A program made the translations under genes and the position numbers. From positions 10,664,001-10,728,000 of the forward strand of contig OZ287752.1 of assembly GCA_965649765.1 (NCBI GenBank): 64,000 nt of DNA, written 5' to 3'. Below are positions 48,801 through 57,385 of this stretch, in pieces (the stretch's first letter is position 1; the number at the start of each line of letters is the position of its first letter). The DNA comes from Bispira polyomma. Its lineage: Eukaryota. The notes below the pieces were generated by a model, which searched no databases, was not told the origin of the DNA, and worked only from the letters and a program-made list of their open reading frames with translations.

Positions 48801-51800
48801 CTATTATTTCAATAGAAACCTAAGGTTTTGGGCCCTAAAAATTCTAAACAAACTGAAATTTAGAAAAATTTAGCACGGTGACCCCCTGTTTTTTTGTCAT
48901 ATTTAGTTAGAGTTCATAATTTTTTTTGAAAGTACCTTTTTATGGAATTTTTCCTTCCCAAAACAGCCTTTTCCATTGAAAACAATAGGCAAATGAATGG
49001 AAATACAAACCATATTTAAAGCTCTGTAGGTTTTGAAAGAGCGTGCTGATATATAGTTTTTTTAATATTTTTGTTAAACATTTTAATCAAGCTTTTCATA
49101 AAAAAATTATTTTTAAAATCTGTGGGGTAAAAAAAAATGGTAGCGAATAACCTTAAGAGCTGTCATGACCCTCCACAGACTTGGGGTTAAATCAGATGGT
49201 ATACAGACAGGTTGTCCCCAAAACAAGGTAGTCCCCAACCAACTCGTCCCCGGCACTACAAACTCGGACCCATTATATATTGCCAAGTTGTCCCTATATA
49301 ATTGCAATTGATGTTTTGATAAGTACCTATATTTAAACTTAAAAATCTCAGCCCTTTCTCAAAGGATTTTGATGCAACAAAAAGCACAGTAATCGCAACA
49401 AGAGGAGGATGGCCTGGCGGCCATATATCATGATAATGCCACCAGTACAAAGCAAGTCTTAAACAAGATCGGTGCAGCCCATGGCCACTGACTAATTTGC
49501 CAAGCGTGAGGGCCAAATTCTGGGCTGCATAATCGAGTTTGAGATTTTGTTGTGAAACAGTAAACAAGACGAGAATCCAGCGGAAGTTCACAAGAGCATT
49601 GTTAAGAAGACTGCTGTATAATTTTTTTGGTGAACTGTTTATTTAAATGCCGAAAAATGGAGTGGACCGGATTTGGGTACAAGTAATAACCATGTATAAA
49701 AACTTTGAATGCTTATATCGCCCTCAATAATTGTCCGATTTTAAAATTTCTTTCAGTTTTGTGATCAGTAGCACAGGCTGAGACAAACTACATAACCAAT
49801 GTCCTAGTACTAGGGCTTTTTAAAATTGGACCATAAAGCATGGGCGAAAATTAAAAAATTTCCGATTTTAGCACAAAGTATCACTACTAAACTTACCCTA
49901 GACTGGTCATGTGTCAATTTGATCACATAATCACTCTTTATATTAAATTTATTGCAAATGCCTTACTATTTAGAAGTTTGGTTTCAACATTGGCAGTTTG
50001 TGTTGTATTACGAAAATGAGCAGCTTATATCATATATAACAAGCACATGTCATTTTGGATTAGTCCCAATTAGTATTACAACTATTAAGTAGGTATTTTA
50101 TTACATAATCACCCTTCATATTAAATTATATGGTAAATGCCTTACTATTTAGAATTTTTTTTTCATCATTGGCCGTTTAAACTATGAAAGCCAGCCCTCT
50201 ATACCATATATAACAACATACGTTTTGGCATGCAGGTAGAATTCACAGTAAAAGATTTGTGTATAATATAAAGACTACTATCTCAGTCAATAGTGAACAA
50301 AATTTTATTCTGTAAAAAGGGCCAGAAAGTGTATTAATTGCTGTTTTATGATATATAAATCTTAAAATTTTAGCTTAAGTAATTACAGAGAAATCACAAT
50401 TTCATCAATGCTTATTTATCTCAAAACTTTTTACAACGATTTCTTCACAAAGCTCAACTAATATTTATTGGATCTGGAAACTGTTTGGACAGTCAAAAAG
50501 CACAAAATAATAGCTTTCTGGTGATACAAAAACGAAAATTTTAGGTTAAATATTGATGTAAATACCGCCTTTTAATGCAGTAGAATATTAAGTAAACTAC
50601 TGATCCGTACCAGAATATTTTCGTTACACCAATTCACGACGTTTATATCAATTGTATGGGTGCGTTATGGCAAGTTAGAACGAAGTATACAATATATATA
50701 CTTCAAAATCCGCAAATAAGATGTTTAAAACAAACGTTATTGTCCTTTTTGTTGCATCAAAATCCGTTGAGAAATGGAGATATTTAACTTTAAAGATATT
50801 TCAACCCTTTTTTGTGTAAATATTTTCCTTTTTTATTGTACGCTAACAAAAGACAAGATTTAAGGTAATAAATGTAGGCGGTTCTGGCCGAGTCAAAAGA
50901 TCAAAAGCATTTTCAGGTATTTCCGTTAATTGCTTTCTTCTAAAGACAGTCAAATATCCTGTGTATTTATGTATAATAATTTTTGCCAAGAACGATCTTT
51001 TCAATGTCAAATAAGCCCATAAAGAAATGGTTAAAACTCACAAATCTACGAGACACAAGGCTACTATATATAATATTTAAACATGTCTAGGTTAAAATAC
51101 AGCTCCAATTTTCCCCAAGAATGATCTTTTCAATATCAAATAAGCCCATAAAAAATGGTTAAAACTCCAGAATCTACGAGACACAAGGCTACTATATGTG
51201 TGCATTATAGCGATCGTTAGAAGGTTCTAGCAACGTCTTTGTAAGAATAAATTAGGAAAATGTATTGATCGCGTCACTGCTCATGCGCGGAAGATCGTGT
51301 GACCTTACTACGTTTTTCTACTCCCATTTACAAAAACTATCCATGAATGAACCAGCTGATGAGATTGTTCTAGAAACCGAGAAACCAGAAATGGGCGGTA
51401 ATAGACCCTTCAATCAAAGCTCACGATCCCCAAACAGGAAATGGCTGTTTCTCACTTATTTCTATCTATATTGACACCAAATTAAAAATGGACCGTCACT
51501 GAAACAGACCACATATGTATGCCAAATATTAAAGCTGAAATCCTTGCAAGTTCAGACATTACCCTGTCGACAGAAAATTACCATGGTTACATGTTTTCCC
51601 CACTATACCCCCACTCTCCCCCTCTTTTCATAGGAAAGCATGATTGTGCCAATAAGCATTGGCATAATCATGCAATAAAACAGGCTTTCTCATCGCATTT
51701 TTGCAGAATTTTTAGCTTCAGTAATTTCTAAGTTATTATTCACTAATTTTCTGTCAAATCTGTATCACCTAATACTTAATAATATATGAGCATTTAATCA

Positions 51801-54800
51801 ATAATATACATTGTAAAAACTTGTATTTTATCTTTTAACAAATTACTTAATTAAAATTCATGGAACCTATCATAAAGTAGATATTAAGAGCTTTCTGGCG
51901 ATACCAAAACGCACATTTTGGGTGAAGTAGTCATAAAGATAGTCGTTTATCAATTGGTGCCGACTTGGTAATACATATGGGGCCTATATGGAGTTTGTAG
52001 TGGTGGGGACGAGTTAGTTGGGGACGACCTTGTTTTGGGGATGACTTGGCCCTAATTCAATCAGACCATGACGCTGCACACCTAAGAAGTGGGCAAAACT
52101 TTATTTATTGCTAATTTTCTCAGTATAAAAGCCATACATTATATATACATTTGAAGACCAAATGTTGCAAAATACTATAATTGCAAAAGATAATTCCAGG
52201 AGAAAAAACCCACGATACGGATTCCATTATTCCATTTTTGCTTTATTTCTAAAAGAAAACATTTACTTGCTAATCTTTATTACTATACACTAAATCTGCC
52301 CAAAAACAAATAGTCCCTCCAGAATTAGAAGCAGAAACCAGTTCTACAACTGCTACCTAAAGCTTAAGGAAGTTTGGCACAACTTAAACTTATGTTATAT
52401 ACATGTATAATATATGCATGGAATTAGACTCCATATAATTGCACCCCATATTTATTCCAATATAATATTTAATGGGCACTCTTCTCAGAATCATTCTCTG
52501 TCAAGTCACTTTTATTATGATAGAGAAATCACAAGAAAAAAAATATCATGCAAGTTCACGTTATAATTTCTGACTCAAGCATTTTTTGGCTCCCAAGTAT
52601 AGAGATGGCTTATAAAAAGGGGAGACTTCTCTATCACCTGTTTTATCATGTACATTCCTAGTATATAAACCACTGCTTGACTTGGTGCAGCTATCTCTTG
52701 GGATACAAGTGTATTAGTTACATAACATTACTGCCTGAATAGAATCTAGAACTAACAGGAAATACAACCATTGCAAACCCAGATAACAACAGAACTATTT
52801 GAAAAAAATTGCACCAAATTGCATCAAAACTAGTTTTTATTACTGTTTTGTATCGAGTGGAACTCAAATTGATATACTCCGCGCAATAATCTCAATTAGT
52901 CTGACATTCCAAATGTCAACAAAGAATTGTTGGACAACATACACAAAAAGATAAGATTGCTATGAAACTGATACATTGCAGAAATTGAGATGCTTAATTT
53001 ATGGGGTTTTTTTTAAGAAAATCAAAGAAATGTACACCACAAATCACATACCTTTAACCTGGTCTAATATGGAATTCTCTATAAAGACTATCAAGTTCAG
53101 AAACGGCACACCAACATGTTTTTGAGATGTGACTCTATCTGGCTCTGTTTTCAAGATACTGACCATTTTCATAAAACTTAAGGCTTTAGTAACGTAAACC
53201 CATAAAACGATCCCTGAGAACCACGTTATGTGTGTTCGAGCTTCTCAGAAACTTTTTTTTGTGCCCTATAACATATTTACATTTTCATGAGTAGAAATAA
53301 TAAAGAATGACATAATTTTAATTATATACTAATTCATATATTTTACGTGTCATTTTGATAAATATTTTCAGATATGCAATGCATGTATCAGTGTGTCAAA
53401 TGGTAACTAAAATGTGTAATATTTTCAAAGTACATGCTTCACAAATGTAACACAATTCATATACCAAGAAAAACTTAATACTGAAGTATTCGGCATAACT
53501 AGAAAAAGCAAAAATCAGCATTATTTTGAATGAATTTGTTTTTCAATAATAGCACAAAAACAGGGACAATTTTAGAAAAACATTAAAGTTACACTCTTCA
53601 AAACAGAAAGATGTTTGTATTCTTGGTTTTTACAAAATAAGGAAACGTATTGAAAAATGTAAATCATTCAAAATAATATACACGTTCTCTAAATTTGTTT
53701 AGCCTATGTAATGTCTGCATCTGTGCTGGATCAATAGCTGTATTATGTCACAACAGAACGGCTCCTCTTCGAGATTTGTCTACAAATATGATGTTTTACA
53801 TAGATTTTCAAATTGTGTGACGTCACAATACAAGAATCGTTACAGGGGCGTTATTATAGTTTTATAGCACAGTATTAAAGTTTTAAATTGTTTAGACACA
53901 TAAAAATAGTTGAAAACCTCACTGAAGTATCATTTTAAGGCTGCTATAGTGTGTATATAGGTGAAAATGAACGTGCACAAATGCAGTATGATCTATTGGC
54001 GACGTACTTGTGTGTTTACGTTACTGAAACCTTAAAAGATGGTTGTACTGTTGACAAAATAGTTTATTTTGACTTTTTATATCAGTTCTACTTGTTTACT
54101 CTTGATATCCTCATTTTGAGATATTGGGCATTTGTATAAAATTGCTCACAAAGATTTAATTTTTTCTCAAAGTTCACATGATGTTGATAGCTTGTTGCGT
54201 CAAAAATAATCAGGAAACTTCTCTAACTAGCATTTTTGCCAAAGAGGTGGTCCTTTTATACAGCTGACTGTACATTAAGATGCTAAAATCGCTCAACTGA
54301 TCAAAATAGTTTCACAATAATCTATAACAGATATAAGGATGTCATCGTGTATCGCGATATCAGGACATCATAGAGAGAAGGATTAAGTTTAGGTATCGTG
54401 ATTACAGTTTGAAATCCCAATATTGTGGGCACTTTTAATTCACTTTTTCTTTAAGGTACTTCGATGTAAAAGACTAAATTTAATAAATGCATAGTTTACT
54501 AATTCTAAAGCTTTGTATAGAAGACGTGACCAAGTAGTGCATAAACATATTGGTATTTTTTAAAATATATCCAAAGAATTTGGAAAGAGATTTTATGTAG
54601 ACATATCAAATCATGATATCATGATATCAAATAGTAGGGTTGTGACAGGGGGGCCTGATTACTCAATTATGGGCCGAATTTTTGGGGAAACTGGAGTGAA
54701 ATTTGAGGGACTCGAAAACATGTATGTTCTAAGTTAAAACTCTTGCATTATTGCCTGTAGTTATTAGTGATTGGACGATTCGACAAACATCTAAGTAATC

Positions 54801-55802
54801 GTCGGTATATTAGCCCAAAAACGTCGATCGGTAAAGATCATCAGAAAATCGACCATTACAAACCCAAAACACAGTAAAGTTTTGAATTTCAACTAAAAGA
54901 TATTTTTACGTTTTTATATAATTTAACATAGTTTTTAAGTTAAATAAAGCAATTTTTGTCACTTTTATATTTGTTTTGTTTACCGCTATTGTTTACCGGA
55001 AGTCATATAGGTTAAAGGTTGATACTAAATGTCGAACATTTGAATTTAACCAAATTCTTACCGGATCACAATATATTCGGCCCGGGATGGCAGGATAGGT
55101 AACTCAACAATATAAAAGTACATACTTATGTGAATAATCGATTGCAGGTCGATCATCGGTCAGACAATTAAGCAATTAATCAACCTGCAAAATATAGACC
55201 AATTCCACTCACTAGTAGTTATAAATAAATTCATCAAAACAATAAAGAAGGTCTAATTCATACTGGTAATATATGTTTTCCTCTTAATTTCAAATATTCT
55301 CCAAATTATTTACCTATATTTTTTAATAGATTTTGTTTACATCAGCCGCCATATTGTTAGACTGGTTTCTGAGATTGGTGCATACTAAATTCGAGGGTAC
55401 CCAGATTCGAAAACGGTTAGATGCTAGTGATTACTTAGGCCACATTTTTAGTGCTCTTATCATCGCTACTGATTAGTTAAAAGCCATTTTCTGTGGTCTC
55501 ACACTGCCAGTGAGTTGTACAGTACCTCTGAATTAAGTGTACACCTCTTTATTGTACTGAAAATTGTGGCTGAGTCGTGTGAGTGTTCACAACATGGAGG
55601 TTTTACTGTATATCCTTACCTAAAGAAATTTTAACTTTCGATATTATCCTACCAACGTTTAAGTGTATAAACAGCTGAACCATTAACCGGTATAGAGAGA
55701 CACCATGACTGTTACCTTGTCTTTTATGGACTCCATGAAGCCAGCTGTGGTTCCTGTACAGTGGATCAGACACACACCCAGGATACGTTCTTGATGAGCA
55801 AT
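17251..55802 (-). CDS. NDRG/Ndr-family alpha/beta-hydrolase-fold protein (ZK1073.1-like), 5'-incomplete; exons 55802-55716, 47995-47918, 34057-33942, 30998-30963, 30537-30390, 29413-29362, [25174-25038 and/or 19542-19414], 17315-17251
   Basis: GT-AG exons in continuous frame: ERILGVCLIHCTGTTAGF; MNPTAEAYLVLHRFG; VNPKNLKKFVEAFLKR; CPVLFVTGSKS; ANVLEEK; FQYFLQGLGL; SMEExDxP. I recognise these from memory of Ndr-family proteins; no database search was run. Confidence 0.88.
17367..17424. repeat. Perfect 18-bp inverted repeat (22-nt loop) containing a consensus 5' splice site
   Basis: acttacctcgtcctaaca (17367-17384) / tgttaggacgaggtaagt (17407-17424). Confidence 0.9.
17985..18267 (-). mobile_element. 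tRNA-derived SINE
   Basis: Minus strand: tggcctagtggt A-box and agttcgactccc B-box at 18200-18262, followed by a non-tRNA body; tail boundary approximate. Confidence 0.65.
19414..19542 (-). CDS. NDRG-like alternative tail exon G2: VSSIPMAHVKRAMPRIRTLSMEEADQPKYARTRSLSGGDANGN
   Basis: tacag phase-1 acceptor after a pyrimidine tract, gtttgt phase-1 donor; paralogous to G1. Confidence 0.8.
20078..20192 (+). mobile_element. 3'-tail fragment of the same L2-like LINE family
   Basis: Matches 8067-8146 (ccaccaatttttgattttttgg..gcttaggttttgtcg..aagattaagcg) and ends in (agatt)n. Confidence 0.65.
21116..21428. repeat. 35-bp minisatellite, about 9 copies
   Basis: Unit gttgtcatggtaacaaaccttatctggaggtaatg recurs at 21118, 21153, 21188 and onward. 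Confidence 0.92.
23262..23495. mobile_element. Short HINE/Helitron-like dispersed repeat
   Basis: gtttgtttgtttgtcaccaggattac core and ggcggaggtatg-like end shared with 40305-40533. Confidence 0.5.
23727..23982 (+). mobile_element. tRNA-derived SINE, full-length
   Basis: ggggccgcggtcgcctagtggttag A-box, gagttcgaatccc B-box, (aaattc)n tail; closely similar inverted copy at 36651-36902. Confidence 0.88.
24618..24826. mobile_element. CAGTAGAACCTC-family MITE
   Basis: Degenerate TIRs tagtataacctctgttatctgaac / gttcagataatagaggttctacta. Confidence 0.65.
24983..24996. promoter_or_regulatory. Perfect palindromic RFX X-box-like motif GTTACCATGGTAAC
   Basis: 14-bp palindrome fitting the RFX X-box consensus; function not shown. 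Confidence 0.35.
25038..25174 (-). CDS. NDRG-like alternative tail exon G1: VSSLPMPNVSRMPYARAASMEEYDLPKRIRKARTLSGGSSGTPTL*
   Basis: tttttag phase-1 acceptor; runs to TAG at 25038-25040; possible weak internal donor AG|gtaccc at 25054. Confidence 0.8.
25193..26117. repeat. Degenerate ~118-bp tandem repeat abutting the G1 acceptor
   Basis: acacccattaacagcaggtgctctggtgatat recurs near 25197, 25315, 25469, 25848, 25965 and 26085. Confidence 0.85.
26535..26882 (+). mobile_element. tRNA-derived SINE interrupted by a palindromic MITE
   Basis: tagtggtaac A-box, gggtttgaatctc B-box, tgggaaagttggcag body, gacgttaacccc end; insert at 26690-26798. Confidence 0.7.
26690..26798. mobile_element. Palindromic MITE, GGGCCGTATTCAC family
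   Basis: Near-complete foldback gggcccttattcacg..ggacttagccagg / cctggctaagtcc..tgaatacggcccc. Confidence 0.75.
26983..27235. mobile_element. GGGCCGTATTCAC-family MITE (longer subtype)
   Basis: gggacctgtattcacaaacagtctta / taagacagtttttgagaatatggccc; related copies near 28735-28960 and 40003-40245. Confidence 0.65.
27295..27660 (-). mobile_element. 5'-truncated L2-like LINE 3' end
   Basis: Minus strand encodes RCFAVAAPVEWNKLP...FRSYLKTYL, then agcgccttagagg..ggcgctctataaatg and a (tta)n tail. Confidence 0.8.
29362..29413 (-). CDS. NDRG-like exon F: ADKFIESFQYFLQGLGL
   Basis: ttgtag acceptor, gtgagt donor, 52 nt phase 0-1; FLQGxG motif typical of Ndr proteins. Confidence 0.92.
29790..30411. 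repeat. Minisatellite of 16-bp (agtacattagcactct) and ~29-bp (taccttttcctccagtacattagcac) units overlapping the 3' end of exon E
   Basis: Visible tandem units; the last unit is the exon E end plus its donor site. Confidence 0.92.
30390..30537 (-). CDS. NDRG-like exon E: CPVLFVTGSKSVFHKTT...IELLQVAGCANVLEEK
   Basis: ttggcag acceptor, gtaggg donor, 148 nt phase 2-0. Confidence 0.9.
30559..30860. repeat. ~21-bp degenerate minisatellite (gtactcaaaatgtactgta..)
   Basis: Repeated tactcaaaatgtactgt units in the intron between exons D and E. Confidence 0.8.
30963..30998 (-). CDS. NDRG-like exon D (36 nt): KRSNVADSIRKLK
   Basis: ttctacag acceptor, gtaagt donor, phase 2-2, bridges exons C and E in frame. 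Confidence 0.85.
31716..32065 (+). mobile_element. tRNA-derived SINE with CORE-like central domain
   Basis: tggccgagcagttag A-box, ggtttgatcctc B-box, ctcaacccaggactataaatgggtacc core, (ca)n tail. Confidence 0.7.
32247..33000. mobile_element. Helentron/HINE-like element with an internal ~145-bp tandem array
   Basis: Terminal aactag followed by hairpin tgcatcgg-agaa-ccgatgca; aaggtcaaatc-containing units at about 32491, 32634, 32781 and 32928. Confidence 0.75.
33784..33893. mobile_element. Palindromic MITE, GGGCCGTATTCAC family
   Basis: Foldback with caacagacttagc / gctaagtctgttg; homologous to 26690-26798. Confidence 0.72.
33942..34057 (-). CDS. NDRG-like exon C: FSSVQDQDSLKKVIENYQTTLRTKVNPKNLKKFVEAFL
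   Basis: ttttccag acceptor, gtgagt donor, 116 nt phase 0-2. Confidence 0.9.
36328..36518. mobile_element. CAGTAGAACCTC-family MITE
   Basis: cagtaaaacctcta / tagaggttttactg TIRs, TA flanks. Confidence 0.75.
36651..36902 (-). mobile_element. tRNA-derived SINE, full-length, with 14-bp TSD, inserted in a MITE end
   Basis: Reverse complement of the 23727 family; flanks agcttcgacttaaa (36637-36650) / agcttcaacttaaa (36903-36916). Confidence 0.88.
40305..40533. mobile_element. Short HINE/Helitron-like dispersed repeat
   Basis: Same family as 23262-23495; ends ccttggcggaggtatgtactccactgagtgctcctcta. Confidence 0.55.
41950..42131. mobile_element. Tc1/pogo-type MITE (CAGTxGAACCCC family)
   Basis: cagttgaacccctttaagtcgaac / gttctacttaaaggggtttgactg TIRs; relatives near 40920 and 48100-48274. 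Confidence 0.7.
43368..43691. mobile_element. Long-TIR MITE with internal gtgagcac/gtgcacag repeats
   Basis: ctactgagactgggagggaacat..ttttttacccaga / tctgggcaaaaaa..atgtcccctcccgggctctgtag; tata on both flanks. Confidence 0.75.
44991..45282. mobile_element. GGGCCGTATTCAC-family foldback MITE
   Basis: ggggccgtat / gtgaatacgtccc ends; internal ttcttag/ctaagaa palindromes. Confidence 0.65.
45834..45871. repeat. (TA)n microsatellite
   Basis: About 19 TA units. Confidence 0.95.
47061..47440. mobile_element. hAT-like non-autonomous element, copy 1
   Basis: aggggtgag / cttacccct termini; imperfect 8-bp flanks gttgtaac/cttgtaag; second copy at 54635-55468. Confidence 0.65.
47918..47995 (-). CDS. 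NDRG-like exon B: VINWKLDHIGMNPTAEAYLVLHRFGS
   Basis: gtcag acceptor, gtgagt donor, 78 nt phase 0-0. Confidence 0.9.
48627..49152. mobile_element. Kolobok-like non-autonomous transposon (TTAA target)
   Basis: ttaa|ggttgttcgctaccatttttttt ... aaaaaaaatggtagcgaataacc|ttaa; related fragment begins near 21597. Confidence 0.75.
49197..52055. mobile_element. Long-TIR (MULE-like) element with nested insertions
   Basis: ~85-bp inverted ends (tccccaaaacaaggtagtccccaaccaactcgtcccc / ggggacgagttagttggggacgaccttgttttgggga); flanks ttaaatcaga (49187-49196) / ttcaatcaga (52056-52065). Confidence 0.6.
49397..51675 (-). mobile_element. Helentron-associated non-autonomous element (HINE/DINE-1-like), copy 1
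   Basis: subTIRs catgataatgcc / ggcataatcatg; extra inverted repeat at one end; hairpin atggcc-tggc-ggccat next to aacaagag at the other. Confidence 0.75.
54635..55468. mobile_element. hAT-like non-autonomous element, copy 2, interrupted
   Basis: Colinear with 47061-47440 apart from a 450-bp insertion. Confidence 0.7.
54765..55214. mobile_element. hAT-type MITE with perfect 8-bp TSD
   Basis: TIRs tagtgattgga / tccactcacta; gtagttat at 54757-54764 and 55215-55222; empty site at 47188-47195. Confidence 0.82.
55716..55802 (-). CDS. NDRG-like exon A: IAHQERILGVCLIHCTGTTAGFMESIKDK
   Basis: cttcag acceptor, gtaaca donor, 87 nt phase 0-0. Confidence 0.9.
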
Positions 55803-56108
55803 CTGAAGAGACACAATACTTTGGTTAATAAGGTTCATGGGTATATGTAGATGACGGGTCTATCTTCTTAAGGGCCTTGCTAACCTGAAATACGATCCGA
55901 TTAAAAATGTACGATATCATCAGACATTCAGACCATCTCAGTTGGAGCTTTTTCACCACATCCAATACTGGCTCGGATTATGGGACAGTTTTCAATTAGG
56001 TAGATGCCTGTAATTAGATGATTATTTAGCAGTCTGCAGACAAAAATGAAAAAACAACTTCCAAAGTAATTAAAGTCAGTTTGTATTTCACAATAAATAT
56101 TATTACAT

Positions 56109-57385
56109 AACAAGAGGAGAATGGCCTGGCAGCCATATCATGATAATGCCACAACAAAGCAGTAGTCCGAAAATAGTGACCAAGTCACTAGTTAGCGGTC
56201 GAAATTCACAAGGACACAGTCGCTACAGGGTCGGTCTTTAGTGGGCGATAATACAAAATGAAAGAAAGATCAGAGAATGCGGTTTACGTTTTTATCCTCA
56301 TTTTAATTTTATTTTTAATTTTAAATCCCAAAATAAGAGATTTCCTAGCAGAACTGGTGTTCGTTAACAGGAAGCGTATGCTAACAGGACGCTTGACGAT
56401 ATATAAGCAAAGTCCACATTTTCGTTTCAACTCGTTATGGCGGGACAATAAAAAATTTTAAATGTAGTAAAATTAAAGCATACAATTCATCCACTAGGAC
56501 GCAGACTTCATTTGGTAGTAATGAACTGCCATTTTCCCGTTTTATTTTTTATATATTTTGAAGTTTACGCGACACCAACTCATCGATGGTTCTTACAACT
56601 CGTGTACTAGTCTTCAAAGGCAGACATATGGAATGACGTAAGTATTCTGGAACTGATTATACTGTCGAAACAGGCCCCTGTCTAGACATATAAAGCCAAG
56701 GTCTCTTAGAAACTTCAATGTTGAGAAATATTTCAAAATGGACTTCAAACAATTGCTAATATATCTATGAAGTAGAAGGTTTGGAGCGATTTCCTTAAAT
56801 AACGTGTTATTTCTATTTTTATATGGTTTTCGCAGAATTTTTACTGCAAACCCAGACAAGTGACGAAGCTTTTTCCGGAAACATCAAAGTGATCTCGATT
56901 AGTAAAAGGTTCTAGCAATGTTTTTGTGGGAATAAATTAGCAAGAGGGTATTGATCGTTTCACTGCACATGCTCGGAAGATCACGTGACCTTACTACGTA
57001 CTCTAAATTTCATTCACAAAAACAACGAAAACTATCCATGAATGAACCAGCTGATGAGATCGTTCTAGAAACCGAAAAACCAGAAGTGGGTAGTAATAGA
57101 CCGTTCAATCACAGCTCACGATCCCAAAACAGAAAATGGCTGTTTCTCACCCTTTTCTAGCTGTATTAACACCAAATTACAAATGAATCGTCACTGGAAC
57201 AGAATCATTATGTATACCAAATATGAAAGCTGAAATCCTTGTAAGTTCTGAGATTACCCTGTCTACAGAATTTGACGATGATATAACCATGGTTACTACC
57301 TTTCTTCCACTATAGCCCCCCCTCACCCCCCCCCCCCCTATAGGAAAGCACGATTATGCCAATAAGCATTGGCATAATCATGCAA
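56109..57385 (-). mobile_element. Helentron-associated non-autonomous element, copy 2
   Basis: Same termini as 49397-51675 and about 450 bp of shared right-hand sequence. Confidence 0.75.

Noticed and set aside
51355-51400. CTGATGAG...GAAA resembling a hammerhead ribozyme core (also at 57051)
   Set aside because: No stem II closes directly before GAAA and no stem III/NUH site could be built; it is part of the HINE body.
51265-51474. Similar 69-aa ORFs at 51265 and 56951 suggesting a duplicated small gene
   Set aside because: Both lie in the shared segment of two HINE copies, begin at TTG, and show no coding hallmark.
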